64,000 nt of DNA from Malacoraja senta (lineage: Eukaryota). How positions within the stretch are numbered: position 1 is the first letter of the stretch; the number at the start of each line of letters is the position of its first letter. A model generated the notes under the pieces. That model worked only from the letters and a program-made list of their open reading frames with translations. It was not told the DNA's origin and made no database searches. The translations under genes and the position numbers were made by a program. Below are positions 48,366 to 62,400 of this stretch, piece after piece. Where the stretch lies: contig JAXLNO010001769.1 in the NCBI GenBank assembly GCA_038087875.1, positions 1 to 64,000 of the forward strand. The letters run 5' to 3'.

Positions 48366-51010
48366 TTGACAGGGAGAAAGTGTAATTGATGTCTTTCATA
48401 TTAGTTAACCATGGATTTTCTTGACCACAGTTGACAGCCCCTAATGGGATTGCATGTCTATCACACATCTCAAAAGAGCACAGCATTAAGCTTCGAAGGG
48501 CAAAATTTACACGAGTTGTGCAGGTCAAGTGTTTTTTTGCACAGAGAGAGCTTGATACCTAGAATGCGCTACCAGGAGTGGTGGTAGAGGAAGACATGAT
48601 AATGGTGCTTAAGAAGGTTTTGGACAGGCTTGTGAATGTGCAGCGAATACAAGGATATGGATCACATGCAGGCAGTGGAAATCAGTTTTGGTTTAGTTTA
48701 GAGATAGAGTATGGAAACAGGATCTTTGGGCCACTGAGTCTGCACTGACCAGCAATTGCCCATTCACTATTTTTGTCCTACAAGCTAGGGACAATTTACA
48801 GAAGCCAATTAACCTACAAACCTGCACGTCTTTTGTATTTGGGAGGAAACCGTAGCCCCCAGAGAAAACCCACAGGGTGACAGAGAGAACGTACAAACTC
48901 CGTCCAGACAGCACTCTAGTCAGGATCGAACCCGGGTCTCTAATGCTGTAAGACAGCCATTCTATCACTGTGCCACTGTGTTGCCTTAGTTTAACTTGGT
49001 ATCCTGTTCGACATGGACATTGCAGGCTGAAAGTCCTGTTCTTGTACTGTTCTATGTTCTATATATTCTCATTGGACAGGGCAGAGTTTTTCACTCCTCC
49101 AGCCTCCATGTTGAATACTTACTCCCAGTTTAAATCTGATTCAATTAGTCAATCCATTTCTCCCCCCCCCCCCTCCTGCCATGATCCCCATTCTATATCT
49201 TGAAGTAGTCATTCCCTTTTTCACTCCCTGGTCTGTCTACTATCCCCACAACTTTCCTCTACTTTCCTGTCTTGGTGCATGCAACATCTATCCATTTACC
49301 TCTTCCCTTCCTACTGTCCATAGACCCAGGCAGTTCTTCAAAGTGAAACAGCGTGAAACACTTGCACTTCCAGTCAAATCTACTGCATTTGGTTTTCATG
49401 ACGTAATCTTCCACATTGCATCAATGAAACAAATAGAATGGCTGCTTTCTGGAGAACCTGCATTCAATCCATGGGACTTTCTAAGATTCCTAATTCCTGC
49501 CACTTTAATTCTCCATTCAACACCCACCATGATCCATCCATCTGTACCTCTTACACTAGGATAACAAGGGTGAAAGTAACCTTGAGGACCAACAACTCAG
49601 CTTCTACCTTGACATGTTGCAGCCTTTCACACTCAATTCCACGTTCAACAAGTTGTATTCCCTGTCGATAAAAGAACTGGTCATTTCATAAGTTCATGTT
49701 CATTTATTGTCACATACACCAATTGGTGTAGTAAAATTCACTGGCCAGGTCAGTCATACAATTTAAAAAAGCAACAGACTCAAAAACACATTTTGACATA
49801 AACATCCATCATAGTGACTCCTACACATTCCTCACTGTGATGGAAGGCGAAAATAAAGTTCCAAGTCCTTCCCTTGTTGTTCTTCCTTGGTCGGGGGCCT
49901 CGAGCCCCCCGTTGAACGGACGGTCTTGAGTCCCGTAGCCGGCGGCGTTCGGACCCTCCGCGTCGAGGTGATCAGCTCCCGCATCGGGGGGATTGTCAGC
50001 TCCCCTGCGCCGGGCGATCGAACCTCGCGTCGGGGCTGGACGAACCTTCTGTGGCGTTGGAGCTCCCGACTAGCCTCTCCCGAGACTGGGAGCCCTTGAT
50101 GGTAAGTTCGCAGGCCGCGTTGGGAGCGATCCCAGGCAAGGGATCCGCTCCGATGGTAAGTTAACGCCCCGTGGTGGGGCTCACGACGGTCCTTTTCAAC
50201 TGTTAAGTTGAAGTCAGAAAGAACAGATGCAAGAAGTATGAAGAAGGACACCAAGCTGAAACATTACGTAACCATGTCTTCCAGATGCTGCCTGAGCCAC
50301 TGAGTTACACCTGCACGTTTTTGTGTTTTTTTTAAATTACAGTAAAGTTATCCACCTGCAAAATCAGGACAGCCTGACCTACTTGAGTACTGCAGTATGT
50401 GCTGCATTTTATATAACTCTGTTTAGTTTCATGCATGCAGAGATGCAGTGAAATGGTTTGGATGGAACAGCAGATGCTGGACACCCCGTCCCTTCTCTCC
50501 AGAGATGCTGCCTGTCCCGCTGAGTTACTCCAGCTTTTTGTGTCTGTCTGCAGTGAAATGGTTGTTCTGCATTCTCCCCAGTCAAGTCATACTGTACATA
50601 AGTACAATTCGTCCTCTTCTGGAACAGCACACAGAGATCCACCACATTCCAGGACTATCTTGCAGCTTCCAAGTCTCTGAGAAGTCTGATTTTGCCCTAA
50701 GGAAATACCCAATTTCACATTTTCTCATGTTAAGGCCCAGTGTCATAACAGCACTGGATTGATGAAGTAGAGGCGCCTGCCTCAGTTTAAGTTTTTCTGT
50801 TTCAAGATTGTGATCAAACCCTCGTCACTGGAACTGTGTCGCAGTGCCACCCATTACGTATCAGTCCCAATTATCTTTCAACATGCTGGAATCACTTGTT
50901 TTTTATCCTTTTTAGACTTTTTTCATGAATTGTTCAGCTTAAACAGTTATGCTACAGCAGTTAAGCGCAGCTACCACTTAGTTCCAGAGACGTAACAACA
51001 CAAGAGATAG

Positions 51011-51194
51011 TGTTGGAAGAATGATCAAACTCACACATAGTGGTTAGAATCCATAGTCTTTTATTAGTAACTCTGCAGAGGAAACACAAGGTGCTTTCTT
51101 CTCAGCATGCTTACTACCAGTCTACCAGAGAGAGAGAGAGAGCTGTCTAATAAGCCTGTGGGCGGAGCCACAGTATGAGTGACACTAATCTACA
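51011..51194. mobile_element. Short solo LTR (184 bp)
   Basis: TG…CA termini (TGTTGG…CTACA) with a perfect 5-bp TSD GATAG (51006-10 and 51195-99). Confidence 0.7.
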
Positions 51195-52299
51195 GATAGG
51201 CACAGGGATAAGTTTCGGTTTATTATTGTCACGTTTAGTTTCGAGGTACAGCATGGAAATAGGCCTTTTGGCCCACTGAACCTGTGCTGACTAACGACCA
51301 CCCAAATATTAGTTCTATCCTACACACTAGGGACAATTTACAGAAGCCAAAAAACTTACAAACCTGCACGTCTTTGAATGTGACGGAACTGTAGCACCCG
51401 GAGATAACTCACATGGTCACAGGGAGAATGTATGAACTCTATATAGACAGCACCCATTGTCAGGATTGAACTTTGGTCTGTGGTACTGTAAGGCAGCAAC
51501 TTTCCCTCTGCGCCACTGTGCTGCCCATGTACTGAGGTAGAGTGTAAAGCTTTGTTTTGCATGCTATCCAATTGGATGAGGTAACAAAATACATATATAT
51601 GATCATCAAACTCAAGTACTGTAGGTAGAGCAAAGGGGAAGGTACAGAGTGTGGCATGTAGTTCTCAGCAATGTAGCACAGCAGTTCCATTAGATAAGTG
51701 TTTCGACACGAAACGTAACACATTCCTTCTCTCCAGAGATGCTGCCTGACCCGTTGAGTTACTCTAGCATTTTGTGTCTATCTGCGGTTTAAACCAGCAT
51801 CTACAGTTCCTCCCTACATAGTTCTATAAACAAAGTCCACTGTCTTTAATGGGGTAGTGGTCAATTGGACAGTACCCTAGCTTATGGAACGATCATTCAG
51901 AAGCCTGATTTTCTCCTCGGTTATCAAGTTTCCGAGTAAGCCATTTGGTCCTCTAACCTGCCCACCATTCAATATGACCATGGCTGACGTTCCTCAGGCA
52001 TCAACTCCTGTTCGATGTCAGTTCCTCATTGCACTCAGTTCTCCAATTTAAGTTTAATTAAGTTAACTACCGCCACATTAAATGCTTCCAATGATTTTGT
52101 CTTCACAAATCTCTGGCGCCAGAGAATGACCACACTCTGCAAAAAGAGATTTTGTAAACAAATGACTGGTCTCTTTTATCTCTTATTGAAGAGGAGTGAA
52201 AATACTGCCAATTTTAAGCTTGTCCCCTCCCCAATTGACCCTCATTTCGTAACTTGTCAATTATTTATTATTGTCAATAATATGCCCTAGTGAAAAGAT

Positions 52300-52790
52300 T
52301 TGCCGATGGTATTAGTTTATTATTGTCACATGAACTGTGATATAGTCAAAAGTTTGTCTGTGTGTTATCCAATCAGATCATACTACACATGTGCAATCAA
52401 GCCATCCACAAGTAGAACAGTGCAAAGAGAAAAATTCTCAGAGTGCAGAATATCGGGTTACAATATCATAACATTACAGAGAAAGTGCAGATCAAAAAGA
52501 GTTGCAAGGATCACAATGAGATTGGTTGGAAGATCAGGGCAACATCTTATCTTACATGAGAACCATTCAGTAGTCCAATAACAGTGGGGAAGTAGCTGTT
52601 CCTGAATTTAATGGTACGTACTTTCAAACTTTCTTGTGTACTGTCTTAACAGGGAGCGTGCGATCCCTTTTAAACCACGTGGTTGGTTGATGGTGCCGAA
52701 AGAGGCAAAATGGGGCAGATGTGGACAGTAACTTGGTTGTTGTAGTGGACTGAAGAATATTTTGTGGTGGGTGACTGTGCAAGTTTTACT
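52300..52790 (-). mobile_element. Old Rex1 fragment immediately upstream of the alpha3 exon
   Basis: 3' tail ttattgtcacatg… and decayed ORF end (cagctgttcctgaat…ggtacgt…tttcaaact). Confidence 0.65.
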
Positions 52791-52823
52791 GAAGATGAAA
52801 ATAACCATCTTACTGTCTTGTAG

Positions 52824-53090
52824 TTTCCCCTGAGGTCACTCTCGCTGCCCGCCCTGATGATCATTCAGTCCTGTACTGCACTGTGTTTGGATTTTACCCA
52901 CCGGCCATCAATGTCAGCTGGTTGCAGAATGGTCAACATGTCTCTGAGACCAAATCTTCTGGGGTCATACCCAACAACGATGGAACATATCATCTAAGGT
53001 CTGTCCTTGAGTATGATCCGTATGATGGGAAACAGTATTCCTGTCATGTCGATCACAGCAGCCTGCCCGGTGGGAAGACCATCATCTGGG
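52824..53090 (+). CDS. MHC class I-like gene, alpha3 (Ig C1-set) exon
   Basis: Acceptor ctgtcttgtAG, donor GTaaga, 267 nt, phase 1-1. Encodes xSPEVTLAARPDDHSVLYCTVFGFYPPAINVSWLQNGQHVSETKSSGVIPNNDGTYHLRSVLEYDPYDGKQYSCHVDHSSL PGGKTIIW, with C1-set C/W/C, GFYP, PNxDGTY and YSCxVxHSSL. Confidence 0.95.
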
Positions 53091-53389
53091 GTAAGAACAT
53101 TAAATATTCTTTCATAGATAATCATTATCTTCTGTTGTTTCCATTTTAATCATCATGAATACATCCCATATTCCAAGATGCTTAAACTTTCTTTGTTTAG
53201 TGGTGTTGCTCTAAGTAATCACGTAATCAGCACCCACTCTCCACATGAGCAGAAGACTTTGTCAACAGAACATTTATCAAAAGTAAATAAATAACTAATA
53301 TACAAGGAAGGAGTATTTGAGATTCTCAGTGGTGGAACTGAAATCTATGAAAGGTATGTTTAAATAAAAAATGAATCTTTCCTCATGAT

Positions 53390-54115
53390 GTGATTAACAA
53401 CAAGGCACTGGGGGAGTACATGCCCCAATCTGAATCAATGGTCTGAAGTGGAAATGATTGAGAGCTTCATGTTCCTTGGCATGAATTTATCCAATATTCT
53501 GTAAAGGACTGACCACATAGCCAAGGAGGCACACCAACACCTCTACTTCCTCAGGAGACTGAGAATATTCATCATGTCTCTGGTGACTCTAGCAAACATC
53601 TATAGATGCCGCTAGAGAAAGCATGTTGTTGGGTTGCATCACATCTTGATTTGGGAACTGCACTGCCCAAGACTGCAAGAATATACAAAGAGTTAAAGAT
53701 CATCACACAGGCCAGACTTCCCACTATTGGCTCAATCTACACTAGGTTGCCTTGGAAAACGAGACTTATCCCAACCTTCCTCCTTCTTGCTCCCATCAGG
53801 CATTAGGTACAGAAAGTTGAAAATATGCACTGCCAGACTCAGGAACACCCCCTTTCCACCTGTTAACAGGCTTCGGAAGGGTCCTTCCATAATGTAGGTT
53901 TAATGCCCGATTCACCTCAACCTCATTGAACATTGAACATTGTCCATGGAACTGATGTGTTACAATGCTGAGAACTATATTCTGTACTCTGTATCCTCCT
54001 CTTTGCTCTATCTATTGTTTTTGAGTTTGTATTTATGTGTAGTTTTATAATTTGTTTGGATAGCATACAAAACAAACTTTGCTCATATTTTGAAACATCT
54101 GGCGTTAATAAAACT
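53390..54115 (+). mobile_element. Old Rex1 fragment in the alpha3-TM intron
   Basis: aaggaggcacaccaacacctctacttcctcaggagactgag, corresponding to K.A.Q.LYFLRRL. Confidence 0.75.
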
Positions 54116-55779
54116 AAACCTAATGAAGTAAGTTCCATGACGCAAGTTACAGATTCAGCAACGAAAAATATAACTGCCTGACAAACAGCGATCGTAGAAG
54201 TTTGATTCCAAGTATGCTGCACTAACCTACACAAATGCTCACTTTTGAAGATTCCCTCGAACAATGCACAACTAAGGAATCTGATGTTTCACTCTGAAGA
54301 CTGTTGACATACCCCAGAACTTAATTTCCAACCTATCTATGTATCATCAGCAATCTAGGCTACAGCGCCACCAGTCCCTTCATCTGCTCTTAATACCAAC
54401 GATAAGTAGTTCACTTTCTTGCATTGATTCCCAACCTGCAGTTGCAGTTTCCCAACCAGAACACTCCTTTAAGACAACTCTCTGCTTGCTCTTAATTGTT
54501 TTTCCATTCATGCTAATTATTACCCCCAATGTCATAAGCCATGTGCCTTTGCATCACTTGATCAGATATCTTATGAAAATCCAGATATTGTGGCGACATC
54601 TGGTGGTCAGGCCACTTATTGCTAGAACCCTCGTCAGGGGAGCTGGGACTATCACGTGAGTGACAGGGTTTTGGTGGGAGTTGGTGATGAGTTAATCGCC
54701 AGTCAACTGGTGTGCCCGATAACAACGGCAGGAACTTTGCTCAAGTCCTTACTAAACGCGAGTGGGCCAAAACTGTATTTCTTTAAAAAAACATTGATTT
54801 GTTCACGACGTTTGGATCTCTACAATATATTGTATTTCTTTTGTTTCTCATTCCAATTTTGTTACCTATTCTGCTTTTCCATCATTTTGTTTATGAATTT
54901 TAGGCTTTTCACACCTGCTGCTCGAATATACATTGTCTACGGGTTCCTGTTGCATTTTCAAAGAGTTCTAATCAATTTCTCAAACAAAGTTTGAAGAAGG
55001 GTCCCAAAACGAAACGTCACCTGTCCATGTGTAAGAAGAAACTGCAAATGCTGGTTTACACCAAAGATGGACACAAATTGCTGGAATAACTCAGCTGGTC
55101 AGCCAGCATCTCTGGAGAAAAGGAATAGGTGATGAATCCATGTTCGCCAGAGATGCTGCCTGTTCCGCTGAGTTACTCCAGCATTTTGTGTCTATTATGT
55201 ATATTCTTTCCACTGACTGGTTAGCATGAAACAAAAGCTTTTCACTGTACCTCAATACATGTGACAATAAACTAAACTAAAGCTTTTGTGTAAATCAGTA
55301 TCTGCATCTCTTTCTTTCTACAATTTTCCTGATAATGCCCTGATAATGCACTTTATTGTTTTGTTATTACTTAAATGTTCTGCCATTATTGAAAGGAATC
55401 CAGCATTTTCCCCAAAACAAATGTTAGTTTATATAGGGTTAAAGCTTTCTGCTTTCAATTCACCTTCTTTCATGAATTAAGTTGTGGCTGTGATGGTGCC
55501 ATATATCATAGAGTTGTACAGAACATATATTGTCCCTTTGCCATGCTGCAGAACTCCGTGATTCAAAACACCATATCATCTTATATACCTTGAAAAGCCC
55601 CAAATATAGACACAAAATGCTGGAGTAACTCAGCGGTCAGGTAACATCTCTAGAGAAAAGGAATAGGTGGCATTTCGGGTCGAGACCCTTCTTCACCCTG
55701 AAGTCTTCAGACAGTGCCCATCTATTTAGCTGCACAGCTTAACAATTGATTTGTAAAATTATGCATTCTTATTTTTCAG

Positions 55780-55887
55780 AAGGAAATAGGAAGAAAGACA
55801 GGCACATAGGCCTTATTGCCGTGTGTGTGCTGATATTGCTGGCTATTGTCTTGGCAGTAATTGTTTTGTGGAGAAAAAAGAGGAGAG
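55780..55887 (+). CDS. MHC class I-like gene, connecting peptide/transmembrane exon
   Basis: Acceptor atttttcAG, donor GTaaga, 108 nt, phase 1-1. Encodes EGNRKKDRHIGLIAVCVLILLAIVLAVIVLWRKKRR: a hydrophobic span followed by a basic stop-transfer cluster. The downstream cytoplasmic exon was not identified. Confidence 0.88.
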
Positions 55888-58800
55888 GTAAGATGGAAAA
55901 ATTGTGATGCACTGTTGCTAGTAAAGGTATTGGGCTTGAAGAAATGATCGATCTCAAGTAGGATAAGGCAGCAGCTACACCTGAAATGCCTCGACAGTCA
56001 CCACTGTCAACTAGCCTTTGTGCTGTTGTTAAATGTTTCTGATAATCAGATATTTAAAAATTGTGAATTCAGTGTAAAAAAAAGTTAAACATTATGGATT
56101 CACTGCCCCAAATCCTAGAAATATCAATGAGTCATTAAAAAGTACAGCATGCAAGCAGTCCTTTTGGCCCACCGTGTCCATGCCAACCACCAACCACCTG
56201 TTCTCATGAATTCTATCTCATTGCACCTTCTCATCCAGTCACCCACCCACTAAGGGCAATTTACAGTGGCCAATTAAACTATAAACTGACACATCTTAGG
56301 ATGTGTGAGGAAACCGGAGCCCCTGGAGGGATCCAATGCGGTTACACGGAGAACATGCAAACTCCACATAGATGGCACTCAAGGTCAAAATTGAACCCGG
56401 GTCTGTGTCGCTGTGAGGCAGCAGCTCTACGAGTTGTGACACTGTGCTGCTCTGTTGGGGGCTCGCACTGTTCATGATCCAAGTCAGCTACGAGGCAGAT
56501 TGGTTGCAGTTTAACATTTACTAGTTTTGTTTAGTTTAATTTAGAGATACAGTGACGAAATAGGTCCTTAGGCCCACCGAGTCTGCGCTGACCAGCGATC
56601 CCCGCACATTAACACTATCCTATACACGCACACCAAGCCAATTAACCTACATACCTGTACGTCTTTGGAGTGTGGGAGGAAACCTTAGATCTCGGAGAAA
56701 ACACACGCGGTCATGGGGAGAACGTACAAACTCTGTACAGACAGCATCAGTAGTCGGGATCGAACCCGGGTCTCCGGTGCTGCAAGCGCTGTAAGGCAGC
56801 AACTCTACTGCTGCACTCAGTAGCTGCCACCAAGGCCGCTGTTGCTGGAAGACTCTATGTTTCTATGACTCAAAATTAAGTGGGAATGTGAGTAGTGGGA
56901 GAAATGGTTCAATGTGGAAAGTCGAATGAATGAGCAACAACATGACAGGTGGACTACAATGTGAAACAGGGCAGCACAGAGCCAGAGACCTGAATTAAAT
57001 ACCGACATCGGCTGTTGTATCTGTAGAGTTTGCATGTTGTTCCTGTGACCATGTGGGTTTCCCCAGGTGCTCTGGTTTCCTCCCACATCCCCAAAACATG
57101 GTTTGGTAGGTTAGTTGTCCCCTAGATTGTGCATGATACAATGTGGGGAGAGCTGATGAGAATGTGGGACAAATATAGGATTAGTGTACATGAATGGTTG
57201 GTGCAGGTCAGTGGGACAAAGGCCATGTTTGTTTGCTGCATATTTCCATGACTCTTTATGATGTAGAAAGATGTTGACTATTTTTGATTTATAAGATTGG
57301 GAAAGACTGTGAGGGACAGTGCTAGAGTAACTCAGCAGGTCAGGCAACATCCCTGGAGACCATGGATAGGTGACAATCTGGTTCGAGACTCTTCAGGCAA
57401 ATTACAATGGGTATTCCTCCGCTTAAGTCTGATAGTAGTGTACAGATGCACCTCAACCACTGACTTGCTCAACAAGTGCTTAAATTAGTTGAATTAAAGT
57501 ATGTTTGGAGTAACATGCAGCAGTCCTTAAAATCTACCATTTCCCAAATCCCAAGAGAGCTGGATGATCAGGGTTTTAGTGTAAATTCAAAGTCATCTAT
57601 ATCACTGATTTCTTGCCTGTGATCACACTAAGATATATTCTGGTGATGAATTGCAGTTCACTTTCCTCCTGTGTAAAGGAGTTATTGTGTTGAATATAAC
57701 AAGTGGAGGGAAAGTCAGTGTAGGATTTAGAGTTTGTACGTAATGCAGCATGGTAGTGCAGCTGGTAGAACTGCTGCCTCACAACGCCAGAGACCCAGGT
57801 TCAATCTGGACCTCGGGTACTGTCTACGTGGAGTTTGCATGTTCTCCTTGTGACTATGTGGGCTTCCTCAGGGAGCTCCGGTTTCCTCCCATATCCCAAA
57901 GTTGAGCAGGTGTGCAGGTAATCATCCTCGGTAAGTCACCCTGATAGTGTAGGGGGTGGATGGGAAATCTATTATGAATGGGTGATTGCTGGTTAGTATG
58001 GATTTGGTGGCACAAATGGCCTGTTTACACACTGTATCACTGTTTTCAAGAGAGAGTTAGATTTAGCTCTTAGGGCTAAGGGATTCAAGGGATATGGGGA
58101 AACAGCCAGATCGGAGTATTAATTTTGGATGATCAGCCATGATTGTATTGAATGGCGGTGCTGGCTCAAAGGGCCGAATAGCCTATTCCTGCACCTATTT
58201 TTTTATGTTTCTATCTTTCTATTAAATAAACTAAATTGGAAGACAGAAGGTATTTACTGATGCATCTTCACACCAGCTGTAAATGTCATAAACTGTGAGA
58301 ATTGATTGCAAATGTTATACAATATTATAAACTAAACTGGGTGATCAAAATGACAAGATGGATGAAGAGCAGAGTTTTCATTGAAATAACAGACGTGCAG
58401 CTTTCTCGAGTACTTGGCCTTGGTTGTGTAATATTTCCTCTTCAAAATACAATGTTCCCTGGCATTTCTGGTCTGAGGCACCATTCAGCAAGTATATTTC
58501 CTGAAACGGAGGTTCTGCTTTCATGGTATCAAGATGTCCAACAGCTCCAGCACCCAGATCAGAACCTTGCCAAAACTAAGAATGCAGCAACAATTTAGTA
58601 ATTGAACATCAACGACATGCATATTTGAACTGAGGCAATGGTTAGCTTATTATCACTGTAAACCAGTCGTGGTCATGGGTCTGCCATTGTGGTCACTATT
58701 AGTGAGGGTGGTTAACTATCATGTAGCAGTGAAACGGAAAAGAATTGGCTTTTCAAGCCCACGGAGCCATAGAGTCATACGGCATGGAAATGGCCACCTC

Positions 58801-59443
58801 AACTTGGCCATGTCAACCAAGATGCCATGTTTAAACTACAATTTACCTGCAATTGACCCATATCTCACTGAACCTTTCCTATCTACAGGATGTACCTGTC
58901 CAAGTGTGTTCTAAATGTTTTTTAATACCTGCCTCAACTCCTTCCGCTGGAATGTTCTTCCATATTTCCACTTCCTCTGGTTCCGAGTAACTCGTTTCCT
59001 TCTCACCTTAAACCTAAGTCCTCTGGTTCTTGATTACACAAGGCTGGTTAAAAGATTCCGTGCATTCAATCTATCTATGCTCCTTGATTTTATAAACTTC
59101 TATAAGATCACCCCTCAGCCTCTTGCGTGCCAAGGACTAAAGTCCAAGCATTCTCATCCTCTCCCTGAATCACAGGCCCTGTTAATGACATCCTTCCGAT
59201 AGTGGAGTGACCAAAACTTAACACATTACTCCAAATGTGACCTCACCAACATCTTGTACAACTGTAGCAGAACATCCCAACTTTTTTATTCAGTACCTTT
59301 CTTTTAAAATCTTTTTATTGTTTTTTTTCAAAAAAACAAAAACAAAAATAAAACATAAAAAACAGAGCAAAAAGAATAATGATAAACATAACAATGGTAT
59401 TGATACATAGGGATCATGATTACATTAATAACAGGTATAAACT

Positions 59444-62400
59444 AATAGTAAGATTAAACGAGAACTTACCTAAGTTTGAAGTTTGATCTTTATTTTATGA
59501 GGAGTTACGTAGGTGATTACGTGAAGAACCCCGCCAGTGCGCCAATCTTCAAAGCAGCGGTGTGAAATCACAAAAAACAACAACCGAAGTAATATAGTCT
59601 CATAATAAAACGAGTAATACAAGAACTTCAATCTGACCTTTATGATAGAGGGTAGGGTCATGGCGGGCACGTAATCACCTACGTAACTCCTCATAAAATA
59701 AAGATCAAACTTCAAACTTAGGTAAGTTCTCGTTTAATCTTACTATTTTACTTCGGAGTCACGTGAGTTACTACGTGAAGATTTTAAAGCTTTGTGATTT
59801 CATGCCGTAGATCAATCCCGGCTTCTCACTGCATAGATTGACTCGGAACGAGAATAATCAATCATGCATTCATAATAACATTTGTACCACAAATGCAGTC
59901 ATTCATTTCAATAATGAAATTAATCAGATCCCCTTTAAACCAGAGGAATTTACACAGAACTTAAAATAGTTTCTGCACACAATCCCGCATTAACAATAGG
60001 CCGATGGTAAAAATGTTGAAACATCAACTCATTGGACCATCTGGCGGCTGCGAGGATATGGTCGACGGGGACGTCTTATGCCCTGGCCGCCGACATTTCT
60101 GCTGCCCTAGACGAGTGAGACGTAAAAACATAAGTGTTAATATCAGCAGCTGTTATGACTTCTTTTATCCATCAGGAAATAGTCTGTATTGAAACTCTCT
60201 TGTGTGGTTTCTTGTGTGTGATTAACAACCCAGTTTCCGTATTTCTTAAATGCTTTGTGACCTCAATGCATTGTCACAAATATGTCTTAACACAGAGACA
60301 AGGATCATTTGGATATGCTGCTAGCATAATTTTAAATCCTGTCACACCTGGCCTAATTTGCTTTAATAGGTCATAGATATAGAATGTAACCTTGTCTTCA
60401 GTTACTTCCATAGTATCTATTTGTAATTTTCTAAGTGTTTGCACTCGTTGTGCAGTCACTCATGCCATAAGCATGAATACTTTCATCCTGAGCTTGACCA
60501 AAGGTAAAGACACACTTGGTGACCATTCACGAAGTAGTTTCAGTACCACACTAACATCCCAGATTGTCATGTACCTAGGTTTCGGTGGTTTGGAATTAAA
60601 GATTCCTTTCATTAGTCTGGAAAGAATTGGGTGTGACCCAATTGGGTTTATTTCTGAATCCAGAACCAAATATGAGGGCAATGCACTTATGGCTGAATTA
60701 ATTGCACTACAACTCAGACCTTCATCATAATAGAGTTTTGACAGATTTTCTAAACATTTGAAATATCTGCAGTACTATATTGCAAATTCTTTTGTACACA
60801 GAACTTTTCCCATTTCTTAATATAAGAAAGGTACTGTTTTTGGAGTGCTCTTCCTCCAGGCTGCCGTAAGCATGTCCACAGTACGCTCAGACAGTCCTCG
60901 CCCCAGAAAAGGCCTTCTTAAACCTGCAAATCAACAAATCCAAACAATCATTAGATTAGATAGATTAGATTAGATAGCCCTTTATTGTCATTCAGACCGA
61001 AGTCTGAACGAAATTGCAACAGTCATACATAAAACAACAATAAACACATATTAACATCCACCACAGTGAGTCCACCCAACATCTCCTCACTGTGATGGAG
61101 GCAAAAGTCTTAGGTCTGCAGTCTCTTCCCTCCTCTTCTCCCTCTGCGCTGAGGCGATACCCCCCGGGCGATGTTTCCCGCGGCTCAAACACCGCGGCCC
61201 GGGGTGGTCGATATAATGGATGTTGTTTCCCTGTTACAGGGTGCAGCAATAAATTACTCCTTTTGGGGACTTTCATCAACATTTGTGTTGTTAATTCTAA
61301 TATCAACAGATACCATGGCTGTGTAGGCCAATCTGGTATTACCAATACACCTGAATCAGCATCTTGCCTGACTTTAAGCAAACACTGGCTTATAAGGCAG
61401 AAAAGTGGAAATATATATGACAACATATCACTCCAATGTAGCGAGAAAGAATCAATCGCCACTGCTCCTGGATCTGATTCACATGAGACATATCTCGATA
61501 GCTGATGATTCAGCCTAGATATAAACAAGTCAATGTTGGGCATTCCAAATCTGATTACTATATCATTGAATACCTCTCGATTCAACATCCATTCTTATTA
61601 TCATGGAACTTTCGTGACCTGGTGTCTGCTATCGTGTTCATTCTACCTGGTAGATAGATAGCTGAAATCCAAATATTCTTTTCAATACACCCAGTCCAAA
61701 GTTGATTAGCCATTTTGTCACATGACCCTGACTTGATTTCATCCATATCATTAATATAGGCAATTGCTGTTGTGTTTATCAATCTGAACTTGGACATGCC
61801 TTTTAGTTGTGTTAGAACAATAACCTTGGAGTCCATAGAAACATCCTAAAACTCCAAATAGTTAACTCCCCATGTCTGCAGTAACAATGACTCTTCCTGA
61901 TTCCATCTGCCTCCGCAGCTAGATGCTAAGTCAGTTTCACCCCATCCTAGTGTACTGGCATCTGTTTGTAATATCATGGAAGGTTTGTTCAATCAGCACT
62001 CTGCTGGAACTGCTTGAGACATGTAGAATCCACCACTGCAGATCAGAAACAGCATTTGTTGTCAGTTGCGTGGTTCTATCAAAATGACCAACATGCATTC
62101 TCAGTGCCTGTTCTTTAACTCTCTGCAGCTGTTGATAATGTAATGGTCCGAATTGGACTGCTGGGAATGCTGCTACTAATTTTCCCAGTACTCAAGCCAC
62201 CTGTCTGATTGAGGGGTTTTGCTCGTTTACCAGATTACTGCAATCTTTAATCAACTCCACCCTTTTTTCACTGGGCAAAGTAATTTTCATTTGGACTGAA
62301 TCAATTGTGAACCCCAAATAATCAATCGAGGTACATGGTGTTAACCTTGATTCCTTTGGATGAATTAGAAACCCCAAACTTTCAAAAGTTGATTTCACAA

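Noticed and set aside
54588-54960. Possible LTR (starts tgtggcgac)
   Set aside because: No matching end or TSD was identified.
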